Notes: generated by a model from the letters alone, not told the origin. A stretch of DNA of 64,000 bases from Balanoglossus misakiensis (GCA_040954595.2 CM082588.2:12227398-12291397); one strand, 5' to 3'. Positions 27,482 through 40,718 are shown, counted from the first letter of the stretch. Made by a program: numbers and translations.

Positions 27482-29855
27482 CGCCCCTGAAGAGTTCCAA
27501 AGGAGACAACATGAAGTACTTGAAGCACTGCCAGGCGTAGAAGTGATAGTTGATGACATACTAGTGTATGGCAGTGGCGATACAATGGAAGCAGCTGAGA
27601 GAGATCATGACCAGAACCTGATAGGAGTGCTGAATCGTGCCAGGAAAGTGAATCTGAAGCTGAATAAAAGGAAGCTGAAACTCAGACTCACATCTGTACC
27701 GTACATGGGACATCTGCTGACCACAGAAGGTTTGAAACCGGATCCAGAAAAAGTCCGAGCAATACTTGAGATGGAAAACCCCAAAGATGTACAAGGCGTA
27801 CAGCGATTTGTGGGATTCGTCAATTATCTCACAAAATTCCTGCCACACCTGTCTGAAGTGTGCGAGCCCCTTCGTAGACTTACAGACAAAGAAGCAATGT
27901 GGTCATGGCAACCACATCATGACGAAGCAGTAGCACAGGTGAAGCAACTTGTCACTAATTCCCCGGTGCTCAGATACTATGACGTCAGAGAAGAAGCAAC
28001 AATCCAATGTGATGCAAGTGAGACTGGACTCGGCGCAGTACTACTACAGAATGGACAGCCTGTCGCGTTCTCGTCCAGGTCCCTCACGCAGACGGAACAA
28101 CGCTATGCACAAATTGAAAAGGAGTGCCTAGCAATCGTCTTCGCTTGCGAGAAGTTTGATCAATACATATTGGGACGTGATCTTGTCACAGTAGACTCAG
28201 ACCACAAACCCCTAGAGATCATCTTCAGAAAACCCTTGCTGTCCGCACCGAAAAGACTACAACGAATGTTGCTGAGATTGCAGAAGTACAACATAGAAGT
28301 GCACTACAAACGAGGAAAGGAGATGTATATCGCAGATTTCCTATCTCGAGCATCGCTGCCACCCAGACAAATACAGAGTGATACACCGCAGTACGCGATC
28401 TTCAACATCAAAGAAGAATCGAAGCTGAGGACTGAGATAGAAAACATCAATGCAGCAGATTACCTGAATGTAACAGATCAACGAATGCAACAGATACAGC
28501 GTCACACTCAGCAGGATGAGGCCCTTCAAGTCCTGAAATCCACTACACTTGTTGGATGGCCTGAGCTGAAGGAGGAAGTACCATACGCCATCAGGGAATA
28601 CTGGCAATACAGAGATGAGATTACTGTGCAAAATGGTGTTCTATACAGAGGTTCCCGTGTCATCATTCCCAAAGCAATGCGTCCAGAGATGCTAGCCAGA
28701 GTGCATTCAAGCCACTTAGGTGTTGGTTCGTGTCTACGCAAAGCCCGAGACACTATCTACTGGCCACACATGAATGATGAAATACGTGACACCATCAGTC
28801 ACTGCAGCACCTGCAATGAATACGCACAACAGAACCAGCAGAAAGAAACACTCATGACTCATGAAATACCAGATAAACCTTGGAGCAGAATAGCAATGGA
28901 TCTATTCACATATCATGGCGACAACTACCTTGTCATGGTTGACTACTATTCTGACTTTTGGGAAATGGACCACGTAACAAGTACCACAGCAGAAACCATC
29001 GTCAATTGCTGTAAAGCCCAATTCAGTCGACATGGAATACCAGAAGTTGTCATGTCCGACAATGGTCCACAATTTGATTGTGCCGAATTCAGAAGTTTTG
29101 CCAACGACTGGGAATTTCTACATGTTACATCATCGCCGTACCATAGCCAGTCCAATGGTAAAATTGAGGCAGCAGTCAAAATTGCGAAACGACTCATCAA
29201 GAAAGCACGCAGAGATGGCAACGACCCCTGGAAAGCAGTCCTTGATTGGAGAAATACCCCAACGGAAGGAATGCAGAGCAGTCCAGTACAACGACTCATG
29301 TCACGTCGCACTCGTACATCACTGCCCACTGCAAACCGTCTACTCATACCCAAAGTAGTAGAAGGAGTCACAGACGAGATAAAACACCGGAGGAAGAAAT
29401 CCAAATTGTACTACGACCAACGAGCGAAGGATCTTCCAGACCTACATATTGGCCAAACAGTTCGGATGAAGCCACTACCGACAGACAGAGAGCAGAAATG
29501 GCGTATAGGAACCTGTTTAGATCAAGTCGCTCCACGCTCATACAATGTCAACGTCGATGGTCGAGTATATCGTCGTAACCGTACATTTCTTCGAGCCACA
29601 AAGGAACACATGCCACCACCGATGGAGAGTGAGATCATACATGCAGATTCTACAAGTGCCAGTATGAAGCCTGATACTACAGTTTGTGATATGCCATCAC
29701 CAGCCCGTGATCCAGTATCAGTCCGTGTGAAACAAACAACTGACAAACCTAGTGTAGATAGACATCACACAGACGTACCATCATCATCTACTCGACACAC
29801 ACGCACTAGAGTAGTCAGCACACCCACACGCTTCAAAGATTTTGTGTTGAAATGA
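27462..29855 (+). CDS. pol: Gypsy Pol: RT C-terminal part, RNase H, integrase
   Basis: MPFGI, IVDD, CDASETGLG / YAQIEKE / SDHKPL (RNase H), HSSH...CSTC zinc finger, MDLF / SDNGPQF / SNGKIE integrase DDE. Confidence 0.95.
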   Translation: MPFGINSAPEEFQRRQHEVLEALPGVEVIVDDILVYGSGDTMEAAERDHDQNLIGVLNRARKVNLKLNKRKLKLRLTSVPYMGHLLTTEGLKPDPEKVRAILEMENPKDVQGVQRFVGFVNYLTKFLPHLSEVCEPLRRLTDKEAMWSWQPHHDEAVAQVKQLVTNSPVLRYYDVREEATIQCDASETGLGAVLLQNGQPVAFSSRSLTQTEQRYAQIEKECLAIVFACEKFDQYILGRDLVTVDSDHKPLEIIFRKPLLSAPKRLQRMLLRLQKYNIEVHYKRGKEMYIADFLSRASLPPRQIQSDTPQYAIFNIKEESKLRTEIENINAADYLNVTDQRMQQIQRHTQQDEALQVLKSTTLVGWPELKEEVPYAIREYWQYRDEITVQNGVLYRGSRVIIPKAMRPEMLARVHSSHLGVGSCLRKARDTIYWPHMNDEIRDTISHCSTCNEYAQQNQQKETLMTHEIPDKPWSRIAMDLFTYHGDNYLVMVDYYSDFWEMDHVTSTTAETIVNCCKAQFSRHGIPEVVMSDNGPQFDCAEFRSFANDWEFLHVTSSPYHSQSNGKIEAAVKIAKRLIKKARRDGNDPWKAVLDWRNTPTEGMQSSPVQRLMSRRTRTSLPTANRLLIPKVVEGVTDEIKHRRKKSKLYYDQRAKDLPDLHIGQTVRMKPLPTDREQKWRIGTCLDQVAPRSYNVNVDGRVYRRNRTFLRATKEHMPPPMESEIIHADSTSASMKPDTTVCDMPSPARDPVSVRVKQTTDKPSVDRHHTDVPSSSTRHTRTRVVSTPTRFKDFVLK

Positions 29856-30050
29856 CTGCATAGTTGAGTTGCACAGTTTCATTGTGAATTGAGATTCGGA
29901 CAATGTTTCAAACTTATCTTGTTGAAAGACACTGAACTCATGAACATTGACTCATGAACTGACACTGACAATGTGTTGCAGAGTTATTCGATTTGCTGTT
30001 TTATTGTTCCAGAAAATTGTTGATGTTCGTGTTCTTTTCAATTTTTTATG

Positions 30051-30060
30051 AAAAGGGGGA
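30051..30060 (+). promoter_or_regulatory. Polypurine tract of the Gypsy element
   Basis: AAAAGGGGGA immediately before the 3' LTR. Confidence 0.9.
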
Positions 30061-30178
30061 TGTTACGATATATGACTGATATAGCAGTGAGATATGCTAA
30101 TTACTACTGTTAACCTTTGACCCCTACTCCAGTGTAAGCCGCCATCTTGAGCTACAATAAAATCCACTACACGAGACA
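30061..30178 (+). repeat. Gypsy 3' LTR (118 bp)
   Basis: Identical to 25375-25492. Confidence 0.97.
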
Positions 30179-30597
30179 ACTGGTAAAGCTTAGCTTTATC
30201 ATGGTTCAGATCCTATCTCAGCAATCGTAATCAGTGTGTAAAGATCGGTTCATTTACATCATCCAGTTCAAATATGACATATGGCGTACCCCAAGGTCCT
30301 GTTTTGGGACCGATTCTCTTCACACTGTATACAGCGCCTCTTGAAGACATCATTGTCAAGCATGACTTCAATTTTTTTACATTCCATATTTCTATATCGT
30401 AAGATCATATCTGCTTGCAATGTCACCTGTAATTTTTATTCTGGTGTGTCACTGTTTCTGCATAATCCTCAAATGGGACCACAGTGTCCTTGATGCTATT
30501 TTTTTGTTTTGTGGAGGGGTAAACACAAGTCCTTTCAAAGATAATACACTGAATCAAACAGCCACTCGTTTTGTAAATACTACATGTAATCATGTAC

Positions 30598-33500
30598 CCT
30601 AGAGAAAAATTTTGCTGGTTTGTCTAGTGTACCAGGGCAGAATGCTTGCCACCCCAACCCCACTGATGATAATATTTAACAAAGTAATACATAAAAGAGA
30701 ATAATCGTTTAAACCATTTCGCATAACTGATAGTTTCATGCTCCATCTTTTATATGCTGGAAGCTTTATAAATGATGTCATGATGAAGATGACGCCAAAT
30801 CTTCTTACTTTGAGTGGAATTTCAAAATGAAAAATTGGTCCTCCCAAATATTGAGATGAATTTGCTTTTGAGTTCATAAAAATGCAACTTTGAGCTACAT
30901 ATTTTACAAAATTTTCTTATGTGGGACCATGTGTACCATGTCAGACTTATTCCCACCCCACCCCTATTCTTACTTTGAGTGGAGTGGCGAAATCAAAATT
31001 TGTCCTGCCTAACATTGAGTTAGTTTGCTTTTGAGTTCATTAAAATGCAACTTTGAGCACCGTATTTTACAAAATTTTCTTATGTGGGAGGGGAACATCC
31101 CTCCCACGCACACCCCCGCCACTTTTCTTGTTTTAACAATTCTAGCAAGTATTGTATTGACTTGTCATTTTATTTTGTTCATAGATTTCTTTATTGCAAC
31201 GATATTTTATTTTATTTTATTTATTCTTTAATTCAGGCCATATGCCCATACTGTAAAAAAAAAAAAAAACAAACAAACAAAAAACATACAAAACAAACCC
31301 AGAAACAACTCCATAAAAGAAAGACACAAAAGAAAAAAAAATCCCAAAAACTTAATAAAGAACAACCCTGCAATGCCCCCAGAATGTAGATAAAAAGTAA
31401 GAGTCAGTCTGTATACAGCTGCGGATAACCGGGTTACCGCTTTTTGTAAGCGTTGGCAAAAGGAAAAAACCAATTTTCGATGTAGCGAGGTGAAGTTCAA
31501 AATATTCCTACTTACAAAGTTATGACTTATGCTTACATCGCGTTTCAGATTAAAAATCAATCTTAAGGCATTGTTATACGCAACTTTTAAAGTAGACATT
31601 TGTTTGACATTGTAGTTACACCACACGTTAAGACAATAAACACTATATAAAAAACTTTTAAAAAGAGTACACTTCACCTTATGTGAGCAATGGCCAAAAT
31701 TACGCAAAATAAAATTAGCTCTAGCATAAAAGCAACGAAGCTGCCACTGCATATCAGCATCATCCATACCCGAAGAGGACATAATATAGCCAAGATACTT
31801 TTTTGTACATACATACTTAAGAGGTTTACCATACAAATATACACAAGATATTCTGTGTGCTTTCCAAGACTTTGGGAAAATTGCCATACACTATGTCTTT
31901 GCAGTATGAAAAATAATATCATGCTCATTTCCATAAAGTTCACAAATGTTACTCAGTTTCTGTAATGCTTTGACCGACGGACAAATCAAGACTAAATCGT
32001 CTGCATAGAACAAATGGTTAACAATGGTATTAGCTAGGTAACAGCCAACCCCGGCTGATTGCAGCTGACCGCTTAAATCATCTACATATATAGCGAACAG
32101 TTTGGGTGAAAGAATACTTCCTTGCCGTACACCGTTAATAACACTGAAGGAATTAGAAATTACAGATGCCCAGCGCACAGAAAAGCATTGATTACTATAC
32201 CAATATTGTAAAATACGAATAATAAAAAGAGGTATCTTGCAGTTAATCAATTTTCTAAACAAAGTCCAGTGGTTGACCCTATCAAAAGCTTTCGTAGCAT
32301 CCATAAAACAGAGGTAAACTGGCGTATTATGCCTCTTATAAAAGTCAACAATTTCTTTGAGAACAAAGATACACATGTCGGTAGAGTGATTACTTTAAAA
32401 CCAAACTGTAAATTGCTTGTATCTAAGAGTGAATCAATACGAGATAGAATACAAAGTTCCAGAACTTTCGAGATGGCCGTGACAATTGCAATGGGCCTAT
32501 AATTATCCACAGAAGTAAGATCTTTGGATTTATCCTTCACAATAGGACAAATAATGGCGTGCATTAAAGTCTCGGGTAAATAACCATGTGTAAAAAACTA
32601 GTAAAACATAAACTCAACATAACGCAAATGATTGGACTTGCATACATGAGATGTTAAGCACCAAGACCATCATAGCCCAATGCCTTTCCCTTCTCAAGCT
32701 TATCAATACACCCTTTTAGTTCCATCGCAGTAACAACCATGGCATTGTTGTGGGAACCAGTTTCTTTTAACGATGACAGTACAAATGCCCTATCACGACA
32801 GTTCGAAACAGAATTCAACAAACTTTCATAATGTTGTTTCCACATATCGGCAACATTTTCATGACCGGTGCAGCCACCTACACTGGTCGGAAGCGAAGAT
32901 AAACAACCACGAGTGGTATGTACAGACTGCCAAAACTTACGTGTACCCCCCTGCGTCAAGTTGTTGGCCAAAGACTGGGCCCTGGCTAGGTTTTCATCTC
33001 TTCTACACGCCCGTAAAACCGACTTAAATTTTGCACGAGTTCTGCGCATGAGATCAAAGAGCGGGCCAAACCTAGGCCTGCCATTAGCAGCCCATAATTT
33101 AAATGCATCACGAGCGGCATTGTGAAAATCACGTACATGATCATTCCAACCTGGAACAGTTTTAAAACCCAACCCCTCTGCCTTCGAAGCAGGAATGCAG
33201 TTCAACGCAGCTGATTTTAGAGAAGTAACAATATTCGAATACAAAGAATTTAGACTGCTAATGTGATCTATATTCTTACAGTTAGGATCTCGACATACAG
33301 AGCAACATTTGGGATATCCAGTTTACGGAGTAAGCACTCCGTCATATGATCATAAGCAGACAAGTTCCTGGGCGTCGCTTTACTCCAGTTAGGCTTCGCA
33401 TGAGCATTGGTAACATTTTGTGGAATCGGATCTGTATGTACTAACCCAACAATATCAATATTTACAGAAAGAGGAAAATGGTCAGAGGACACATAATCAT

Positions 33501-34386
33501 ACAAAATACCAATACTAGAAATAGCATTATGTACTGCATGGGTGCTCAAAATATGGTCCAACCAACCTGTACTACCATGTGCATCACTAACGAATGTAAA
33601 ATTATCATTGCATCTACCAAGCTTTTCAACATCGGAGATATACAAATTATGTTCTTTACAAAAAATATCAAGCTCCCTAGCAAATATTGTACCAAAGTTA
33701 GCATTAAAATCGCCAAGAATTATACCATTCGTTGTGTCAATATCATTAATAATGCAATTAATTTTTGCCAAATAATTCATATAAGTGTCATAATTTTCTC
33801 CAGAACAGGTCGGAAGGTACGCACATAAAATAAAAAGTTTTCCAGAAGATGTAACAATATCAGCACCTAAAAGTCTTGTATCATCTAAATATTTTATTGA
33901 AAAGTTTTGTCCCAAGGATTTACGCCACATGATTGCAACTCCACCAAATGGACGCCCGATGCGAATTCCACAGTCATCTCGAATGGCAGAAATACCACAT
34001 GCATTAAAGCCTTTGTGAATACTCGACAGAAGAGGTAGTTCCGCTTCCGTCAGCCAGTGTTCTTGAACGAGTATAACATCATGATCGTTACAGAGAGACA
34101 TAATAGAGTCTACTGATGACTTTATGCCACGACAGTTATATGTATTATTATAAGAAATTTATAATTGAGGTGTGAGGAGCCTCATTCCCTTTATTGCATA
34201 CAGTGTACATAGGATCAGGACAGCAAATGTTTACAGCGTGGGGGGGGGGGTCATCATATTTTTGGGTCTGTCAAAGGGGGGTGATCATTTTTTGGTGCTG
34301 GGTGAAGGGGGGGGGGGCGTCGGTCTGATTTTAAAAACCGATGACTCAAACTTGCCGACCCCCAGCCGTAAAAACTGAACGGTCCC
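30598..34386. mobile_element. Left-truncated copy of the PIF/Harbinger-like MITE (30598-31206 + 34143-34386), interrupted by a LINE
   Basis: Matches ~58017-58841 and ends in the TIR GCCGTAAAAACTGAACGGTCCC followed by TAA. Confidence 0.88.
31207..34142 (-). mobile_element. 5'-truncated non-LTR retrotransposon (APE endonuclease + RT, RTE-X-like), degraded ORF2
   Basis: Minus-strand ORF pieces: TYNCRG/LVQEHW/GDFNA/LDH/SDHFP (APE), PGWNDHV, NYRPI, DATKAFD, GVRQGSILSP, YADD, KYLG. It has an (ATAAA)n 3' tail at ~31207-31230. Empty sites are at ~45807 and ~58600. Clade call is from motif resemblance. Confidence 0.92.
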
Positions 34387-34527
34387 TAAGTATTAGGAAG
34401 GTTCCAATGCATGTCACTGGGCATGAATGTGCAAGGCTAGGTGTACTGTTTTGTTTTGTTTTGTATTTTGTTTTAATCTTAAAAATTGTGCTCCATGAAT
34501 TTTAATGTGCAATTGTTTTCATACTAG

Positions 34528-37285
34528 GATGAAAAAGAAACTGAGAACTAAATATGGCATTAGTGACACTTATAATCCACTAATGGAACTGGAATCATTT
34601 GATAATGGCTGGTGGGTTACATTATACACATGACTGGTGGTAAGGTAAGCATTTGTTTGCATCCATGGATGACCACTTATAACATACCAATGTTCACATC
34701 CTCTTGAAAATTCAAGGTCATTGTAAGTGTAAACTTACAGTTGAAATATTAATTACCTTTATGTGTTTTCAACTGTACATTTAGATCTCTTTTGAGAAAC
34801 TACATAACATTGAATTGGGAATAGTAAAAATATTTACCCAATTAACATTTGAAGTGATTGGAGCTAATGATATACTGGAAATAGACCACAAATTAAAGGT
34901 AAGAAATTTAGTATAATTTAGTATTTAATTTTCTTTAAATGATGAATCAGAAGTTTTATTCATACTATGTTACAATACTGGAACAAAGTCCATTGTGTTT
35001 GCTTGTGCATCATGTAAATGTGCTGACAATTCAATCGCCCGTGTATAAATCAATATTGTAATTGACATTATGGTTTAATTGGCAATATGTATTTACAGAC
35101 CAGTGTCATTATTACGTTAGGTATTTGATTGGACAGCTTTCAAACGAACTCTATCCCCATCATTTGTCTACAAACACAAGTCGTTTATCGGAAGGGACTT
35201 CAAGTTGTGGGCCCAGGTGGCCCCATTCATACTGGCTTCTAACGTACCACCTGAGTATCTACGATTGTGGCACCTCATCAGTGAGGTAGGTTATAACATT
35301 AACTTTATCATTTGTTTTAGAGATTACATTTAAGTTTGATATTTAGCTCCCATTTTTTGAAAATGCCATGTGTATCATTAATTGTATATAAAGTTACTTG
35401 GGTATCTGGTTATGGCTGTAGAGCTGTGAAAATCTGAAGCAAAACTATTATATACTTGTGTGTGTATTTCTCATGGTGAAATCGGAAATGTTTTATGAAG
35501 AATTTCCTTTTGTTAAAGTATCAAAATAATTATATTTTTATGACGCCTCTCTTCTTTCACTTGACATAGGTTTTTGTACTTGTGCATAGAGGTAGACGAA
35601 CAACATGTCAGAGAAATGCAAGAATTGGTTGATAACCTGATCAGTGAAGTGAAGAAAGTGTTTCCTTCAACTTTGAAACCTAAGCATTTATGAAATATTT
35701 ACCTTAATTTAAATTGTGGTCTTTGGTTATTTTGGGTTCCATTTGTTCCACTGTCTGACTAGTTTCATAATGAATTAGTTGTGAGATGCCCAGCAGATGC
35801 TTCATGTATCAATTGACAAGTTGTTGAAAGGTAAACAATACAAAAATAATATATGAAGATTTTTTTAAATTTTCCCCTTCTCAGATGTGAATCGTTAATG
35901 GGCTTGGTCAGGGTCAGGTGTTTATTTACCAATCACCACAATCCATCTAGAGATCTGGCCGTAAGTTTTGATAGACTTCAACAGATTCATCACATACTTC
36001 AATGTGGATTTTGGAAAGACTGATGGAGATTACAGGTAAGGACTTACCTATTTACAGTTATTAAAAGTAAGCATGGCAATTAGTCACAAAGATTTATTGA
36101 TGGGAAGACTGTGTTTGGCAAACTGGCCGACTAATCAATCTATTTATTGCAAGGAATGGTCAGTATGTACAGGAAAATGCATTTTATATCATTTTGATAT
36201 CAAAAGTGCACTAGTCAAAAATGTTAGATGTACAGGAATAAGTTTATTATTACTGTACAACATGAAGTATGCCTGTAAACATTAATACTGCAGTGACTTA
36301 TGCATGCTTCTCACTATTTTGGTATTGGCCCAGTATTCTTTAAAATCACCAGGAATGATGTTTGAACATTTTTTTTATTAGTATGATAGTTAAGTTTTTT
36401 GTTATCATTTTAAATTCTATTCTCAGATGCTGTGGAAACTCAGTAAAAATGAATAGGTGACCAGAACTCCAGAAGTTTCTATATGGTGATAACAAAAGTA
36501 GAAGCTATCTGAAAGGTGACTTGAGAAAGGTAAGTTTGCAGCTACAATCTCCACTTATAAACAATGACCATGGGGAAATGTACCATACTAAAATAGCAGA
36601 ATCCGTGGACTTTAGCATGCATCCTGTGCCGTATACCGGTACAGACGGTATTTTCATGAGTGATGTAGTGTATTCTGTGCCAGTCATGATTCACTTGTTC
36701 ATTAGTGAAAATAACTTCAGTACAGCACAGATCACACACAGAGAGTTCTGCTATTATTGCATATGTTCCCTCAGATTTCACAAAAATTAATGTGCAGGAA
36801 TCTATCATATACACCTGACTCTATTCAATATAAAAATTTGTGAGTGTGTTGATAATGTTCACACATTTGAGTGGTTTAAAGAATAATAGACAGTAATGAA
36901 ATATTTTTACAGCTGCAAGCTGGCATGGCACATGTAAAGCATCCATAGAGGAGGAAACAGCCAACAATGACATGGACAGGTAATGTCACAATTCCATTGT
37001 GTCACATTAAGGTTGAACGCGCAGTGTTTTACAATGCTGTCCATTTATCACTTTCACTTTAAACAGCTACTGTAAACTTATTAAAACCATGGTTTATGTG
37101 ATAAATTTGTGATATGTCTGCAGATACAGTTTTTAAATGTGTTACATTCCGACTTTTAAGTGTTGTTGTTTTTTCCTGATTGTGCAACAACAGATGTCAG
37201 GCCAAGAGAGTTCAAAGCAGTGCAAGCAGAAAATGGTATTGTAAACAGAGGTGCTTTTCTGAGCTATACAACGTCTTCCAGAGAG
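34528..37285 (+). pseudogene. C-terminal exons of a spliced DDE-transposase-like gene, copy 2
   Basis: AG/GT-bounded blocks translate to MKKKLRTKYGISDTYNPL, ISFEKLHNIELGIVK, SFIGRDFKLWAQVAPFIL and CESLMGLVR...NPSRDLAVSF. The KIHMLLH...TE segment is deleted near 35685. Confidence 0.75.
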
Positions 37286-37956
37286 GTAATGCAATTGCAT
37301 AACAATTAATGGAAAAGGATATGGGTGCACTATATGTTCTGACATTTCTATTTCATCAATATTATGGTCAGAGATCAACATCCCTCATGCAGGCTAAATA
37401 TGATAATATAAGGTTATTCACTAATTATATTATATCATGCTACTGTCCACAATTCTGATTGGACGAGAGCTCAATCCAGCGATGATAAAAAACTCAATAA
37501 TGCACTGCTAAAACGGTGACCTTTGACCTAACCCAAGTAATATGTTGTAAAAAAATGTGATATTTGCATAAATGTGTTATCGGGGAAACTTTTGCAATTT
37601 TTGTTAAAAATTGTTTTCTCTGAAACCGCTTGTCATATTGCATTGAACTTTGGCAGGCATGTTCCTTGTAGTGATTGAAGTAAGATATTGTACAATGATA
37701 CTTGCATATTTGTGTTTTTGCCACTTTTTAACAAATATTTTCTGTGAAACTGCTTGTTGGATTGCTTTGATATTGTTTTTTTTCTCTGATTGCTTTGAAA
37801 TTTACACATACATGAATATGTGCAACTTTTATTCACTTCTGATATCAGAAATATTCAATATTTAGCGAATTTTTTGTAAGTTTCTTTGTTTTTGGTTAGC
37901 AAATCTTCTCCTAAATTGTCCAGTTGTTTTGAAAGTTACTGTTTACAAGGTGTTGT

Positions 37957-38496
37957 TGTGGCTGAAGCCATGCAAAAACAAAAGAATTTCGTATTTTAAT
38001 ATTGAGGGATATGCACGAACGGTTTGTTGTTTAAAATCTTACTCCATAAAAATAGTTCCATATTTTGTTACGAGTTTCGATATTGCAGACTTTTGATTTT
38101 CACGATGAAAGATGTTGTGACTTTATGTGTACCTTTGAAGGTCATTGTGAACACATCGACAAACCATATTTCGCACAAAAGTTTTACAAGTAGTCCATCT
38201 ACGAATGTCATATCACTACACATTTGCACCTCGTGTTTTCGATTTCGCTATGGGACGGTGAAGTACACCCTCGTCTCTCGTTTCGTACCCTTCGATATTT
38301 CATTCGTATTTCAAAACTTCCCGACCACAAGGCTTTACAAGTCGCCAGCAAGTTTTTACTGTGACCGCCAAAGCTTTTCCGAAATATTCAAAAGTCAGAG
38401 TCGAGTTTCCATGTATGGGTCTTCTGTTTATTATCGATAAATCGATCGAGTGATCGCTGAATGCGATCGTACGAGACTGTACACAATAGTCGAAAG
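37957..38496 (+). repeat. BEL 5' LTR (3' end lost in the gag deletion)
   Basis: Direct repeat of 44120-~44565 with scattered substitutions; 38400-38496 is inverted relative to the 3' LTR. Confidence 0.92.
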
Positions 38497-40718
38497 CAGA
38501 CTGCTATGGTGTGACTTGCCCACGGGGAAAGTCTATTTCGTCGATGATCATTCCAGTGTGGATTTCTGGATACAAAGAACCGAACAGAGAGATTCTAGTG
38601 TACGCGCTGTTGGACACACAGTCAGATACTACTTTCGTGTTGGATCATGTCGCTGAACAGCTACACACAGCATCTGAGCCAGCAAACCTTCGTATGACAA
38701 CCATGACAATGAGCAACAAGGTTGTTGCCTGTCACAAATATCGCAAACTCAGAGTTCGCGGGTTTGACTGTGACAAAATAGTTCCGTTGCCCACTACGTA
38801 TTCGCTTGATTACATTCCAGTGGAAAAATCGCACATTCTGACTCGTGATATGGCCAATGGGTGGCCTCATCTTAGAGAAATCGCTACTTATATTCATCCT
38901 CAACAGAAATGTGAAGTTGGTCTGTTGATAGGTTATGATTGTCCTCAAGCCCTAGCACCTCGTAGCTGTGTCACAGGCAGTGGAAATCAGCCATTCGCAG
39001 TAGAGACAGACTTAGGATGGAGCATCGTCGGACATCTTACACATCGAGATGAAAGGGAAGATGTCTTCAGTTTTACCCATAGAGTACTTACAAAGGTGAT
39101 ACCAGACGGTCTACAACCAGGTGTAGACAGTCAGCAGAGACTTCGTATGGAAGAGTCTCATTCGTCGGCAGTTCGTTATGCCTTTAAGACTTCAGCCAAG
39201 GAGCAAGTCCTCAACCCTTTGGACGTGGTGAGAATTCTCGAATCGGACTTCAACGAACAAAGAGTTGAAGAAACCGCCATGTCTCAGGACGACATTCGAT
39301 TTTTAAAGATCATGGAAAATGGTATTTCAAAAGAACCAGATGGATTCTATACAATGCCACTTCCATTCAGACAGGATAAACGAGCGCTCCCAAACAACAG
39401 ATGTATAGCGCAGCAGAGACTTCAGTACTTGAAAAGGCGCTTCAAGTCAAACCCAAAGTATCTGAACGACTACAGAAACGTCATGGAAGACATTATTGCG
39501 ACAGGAGATGCGGAACTGGTCGACGACCAGAATATAGATGATGGATCAATGTGGTATATTCCACACCATGGGGTGTATCACCCTAAAAAACCGACAAGAT
39601 TCGTGTCGTGTTCGATTGTAGTGCGAGGTTCAAGGGAACGAGCCTCAACGATCATTTGTTGCAGGGACCGGATCAGATAAATTCCCTCATTGGTGTACTT
39701 TGTCGTTTTCGCATAGAGAACATCGCAGTCATGTGTGACATCGAGCATATGTTCCACAGATTTAGAGTCAAGAAAGATGACAGAAACTATCTCCGATTTC
39801 TTTGGTGGAGAGATGGTAATGTCGACTACGAACCAGTTACCTACAGGATGAACGTTCACCTATTCGGCGCTGTGTCCTCACCAGGATGCGCAAACTACGG
39901 TCTTCGACAAGTGGCCAAGGACAACCCACAGCACGGAAAGAGCGCTGTAGACTTCGTCGCAAAGAATTTCTATGTTGATGATGGTCTCCATAGTCTCGAG
40001 ACGGCATCAGAGGCTGTCCAACTTATACAGGATGTCCGCAACCTTTGCGCAGAAGGAAATTTACGTCTGCACAAGTTCATATCGAATGACAGAACTACGA
40101 TGGAATCTGTCCCTATTTCATAGCGTGCCAAAAACGTCAAGGATTTGGATTTGTCGTTCAGTGAGCTACCAATGGAAAGAGCACTTGGAATCGAGTGGCG
40201 CGTTGAGTCAGACATTGTTCCATTTTTCGCCTATCATCAAGATGCACTCGCCTTCTCGTTGTGGAATACTTTCGGCAGAAGCATCTGTTTTCGATCCTCT
40301 CGGATTTCTCGCACCTTTCGTACTTCGAGGAAAACGGATCTTGCAAGAGATGTGCAAGAAAGGAACCGATTGGGATGATCCCTTGCCAGACGATTTACGT
40401 CCGAGGTCGGAATCATGGCTTACTGAGTTGCCCAAGCTAGACGACTTGAAGATAAGAAGATGCTTCAAGCCGCAACATTTCAGACCAGTGAAGAAAGTTG
40501 AGCTTCACCATTTCTCGGATGCCAGCCTGACAGGTTATGGTCAGTGTTCGTATATCAGACTAGTCGACAGTCTAGATAATATTCATTGTTCGCTCGTGAT
40601 GGGAAAGGCTAGAGTCGCCCCTTTGAAACCCATTACTGTTCCCCGATTGGAACTACAAGCTGCTGTTGTTTCTATACAGGTCAGCAATCTACTGAACAAA
40701 GAGTTGGATTACCCATTG
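38497..40718 (+). pseudogene. pol: BEL pol, N-terminal part: protease, RT, RNase H (frameshifted)
   Basis: [66 protein letters not shown] across three overlapping ORFs. Confidence 0.93.

Larger units (their letters stand above)
25375..30178 (+). mobile_element. Full-length Ty3/Gypsy LTR retrotransposon, Mag-like
   Basis: Identical TG...CA LTRs, 5-bp TSD ACTGG (25370-25374, 30179-30183), PBS, PPT, and gag-PR-RT-RH-IN order. The twin CCHC gag and short LTRs fit the Mag lineage. Confidence 0.97.
25315..30378 (+). pseudogene. ~255-bp internal fragment of an L2/CR1-group LINE reverse transcriptase (25315-25374 + 30184-30378), split by the Gypsy insertion
   Basis: Joining the flanks across the ACTGG TSD reads DTVDHDILLHRLQFHFGITGKA/LSWFRSYLSNRNQCVKIG...YGVPQGPVLGPILFTLYTAPL, i.e. 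non-LTR RT motifs (AF)DTVDH and GVPQGSVLGP. Confidence 0.85.
24728..30597 (+). repeat. Segmental duplication copy 1 (partial; 3' part of the transposase-like locus), interrupted by a LINE patch and a Gypsy element
   Basis: 24728-25314 matches ~36498-37098 and ~52982-53582; 30370-30590 matches ~44946-45195 and ~54736-54984. Confidence 0.93.

Noticed and set aside
25996-29746. Short antisense and alternate-frame ORFs over Gypsy pol (likewise over BEL and the LINEs)
   Set aside because: Shadows of long coding frames with no recognisable motifs.
30599-30877. Conserved small protein MNSKANSSQYLGG (also 45204-45482 and 57969-58292)
   Set aside because: It recurs only because it lies inside copies of the same non-coding MITE.
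35062-35289. ORF MTLWFNWQ... (also 46688-46915) as a gene
   Set aside because: Wrong frame; the overlapping frame encodes the GRDFKLWAQVAPF exon.
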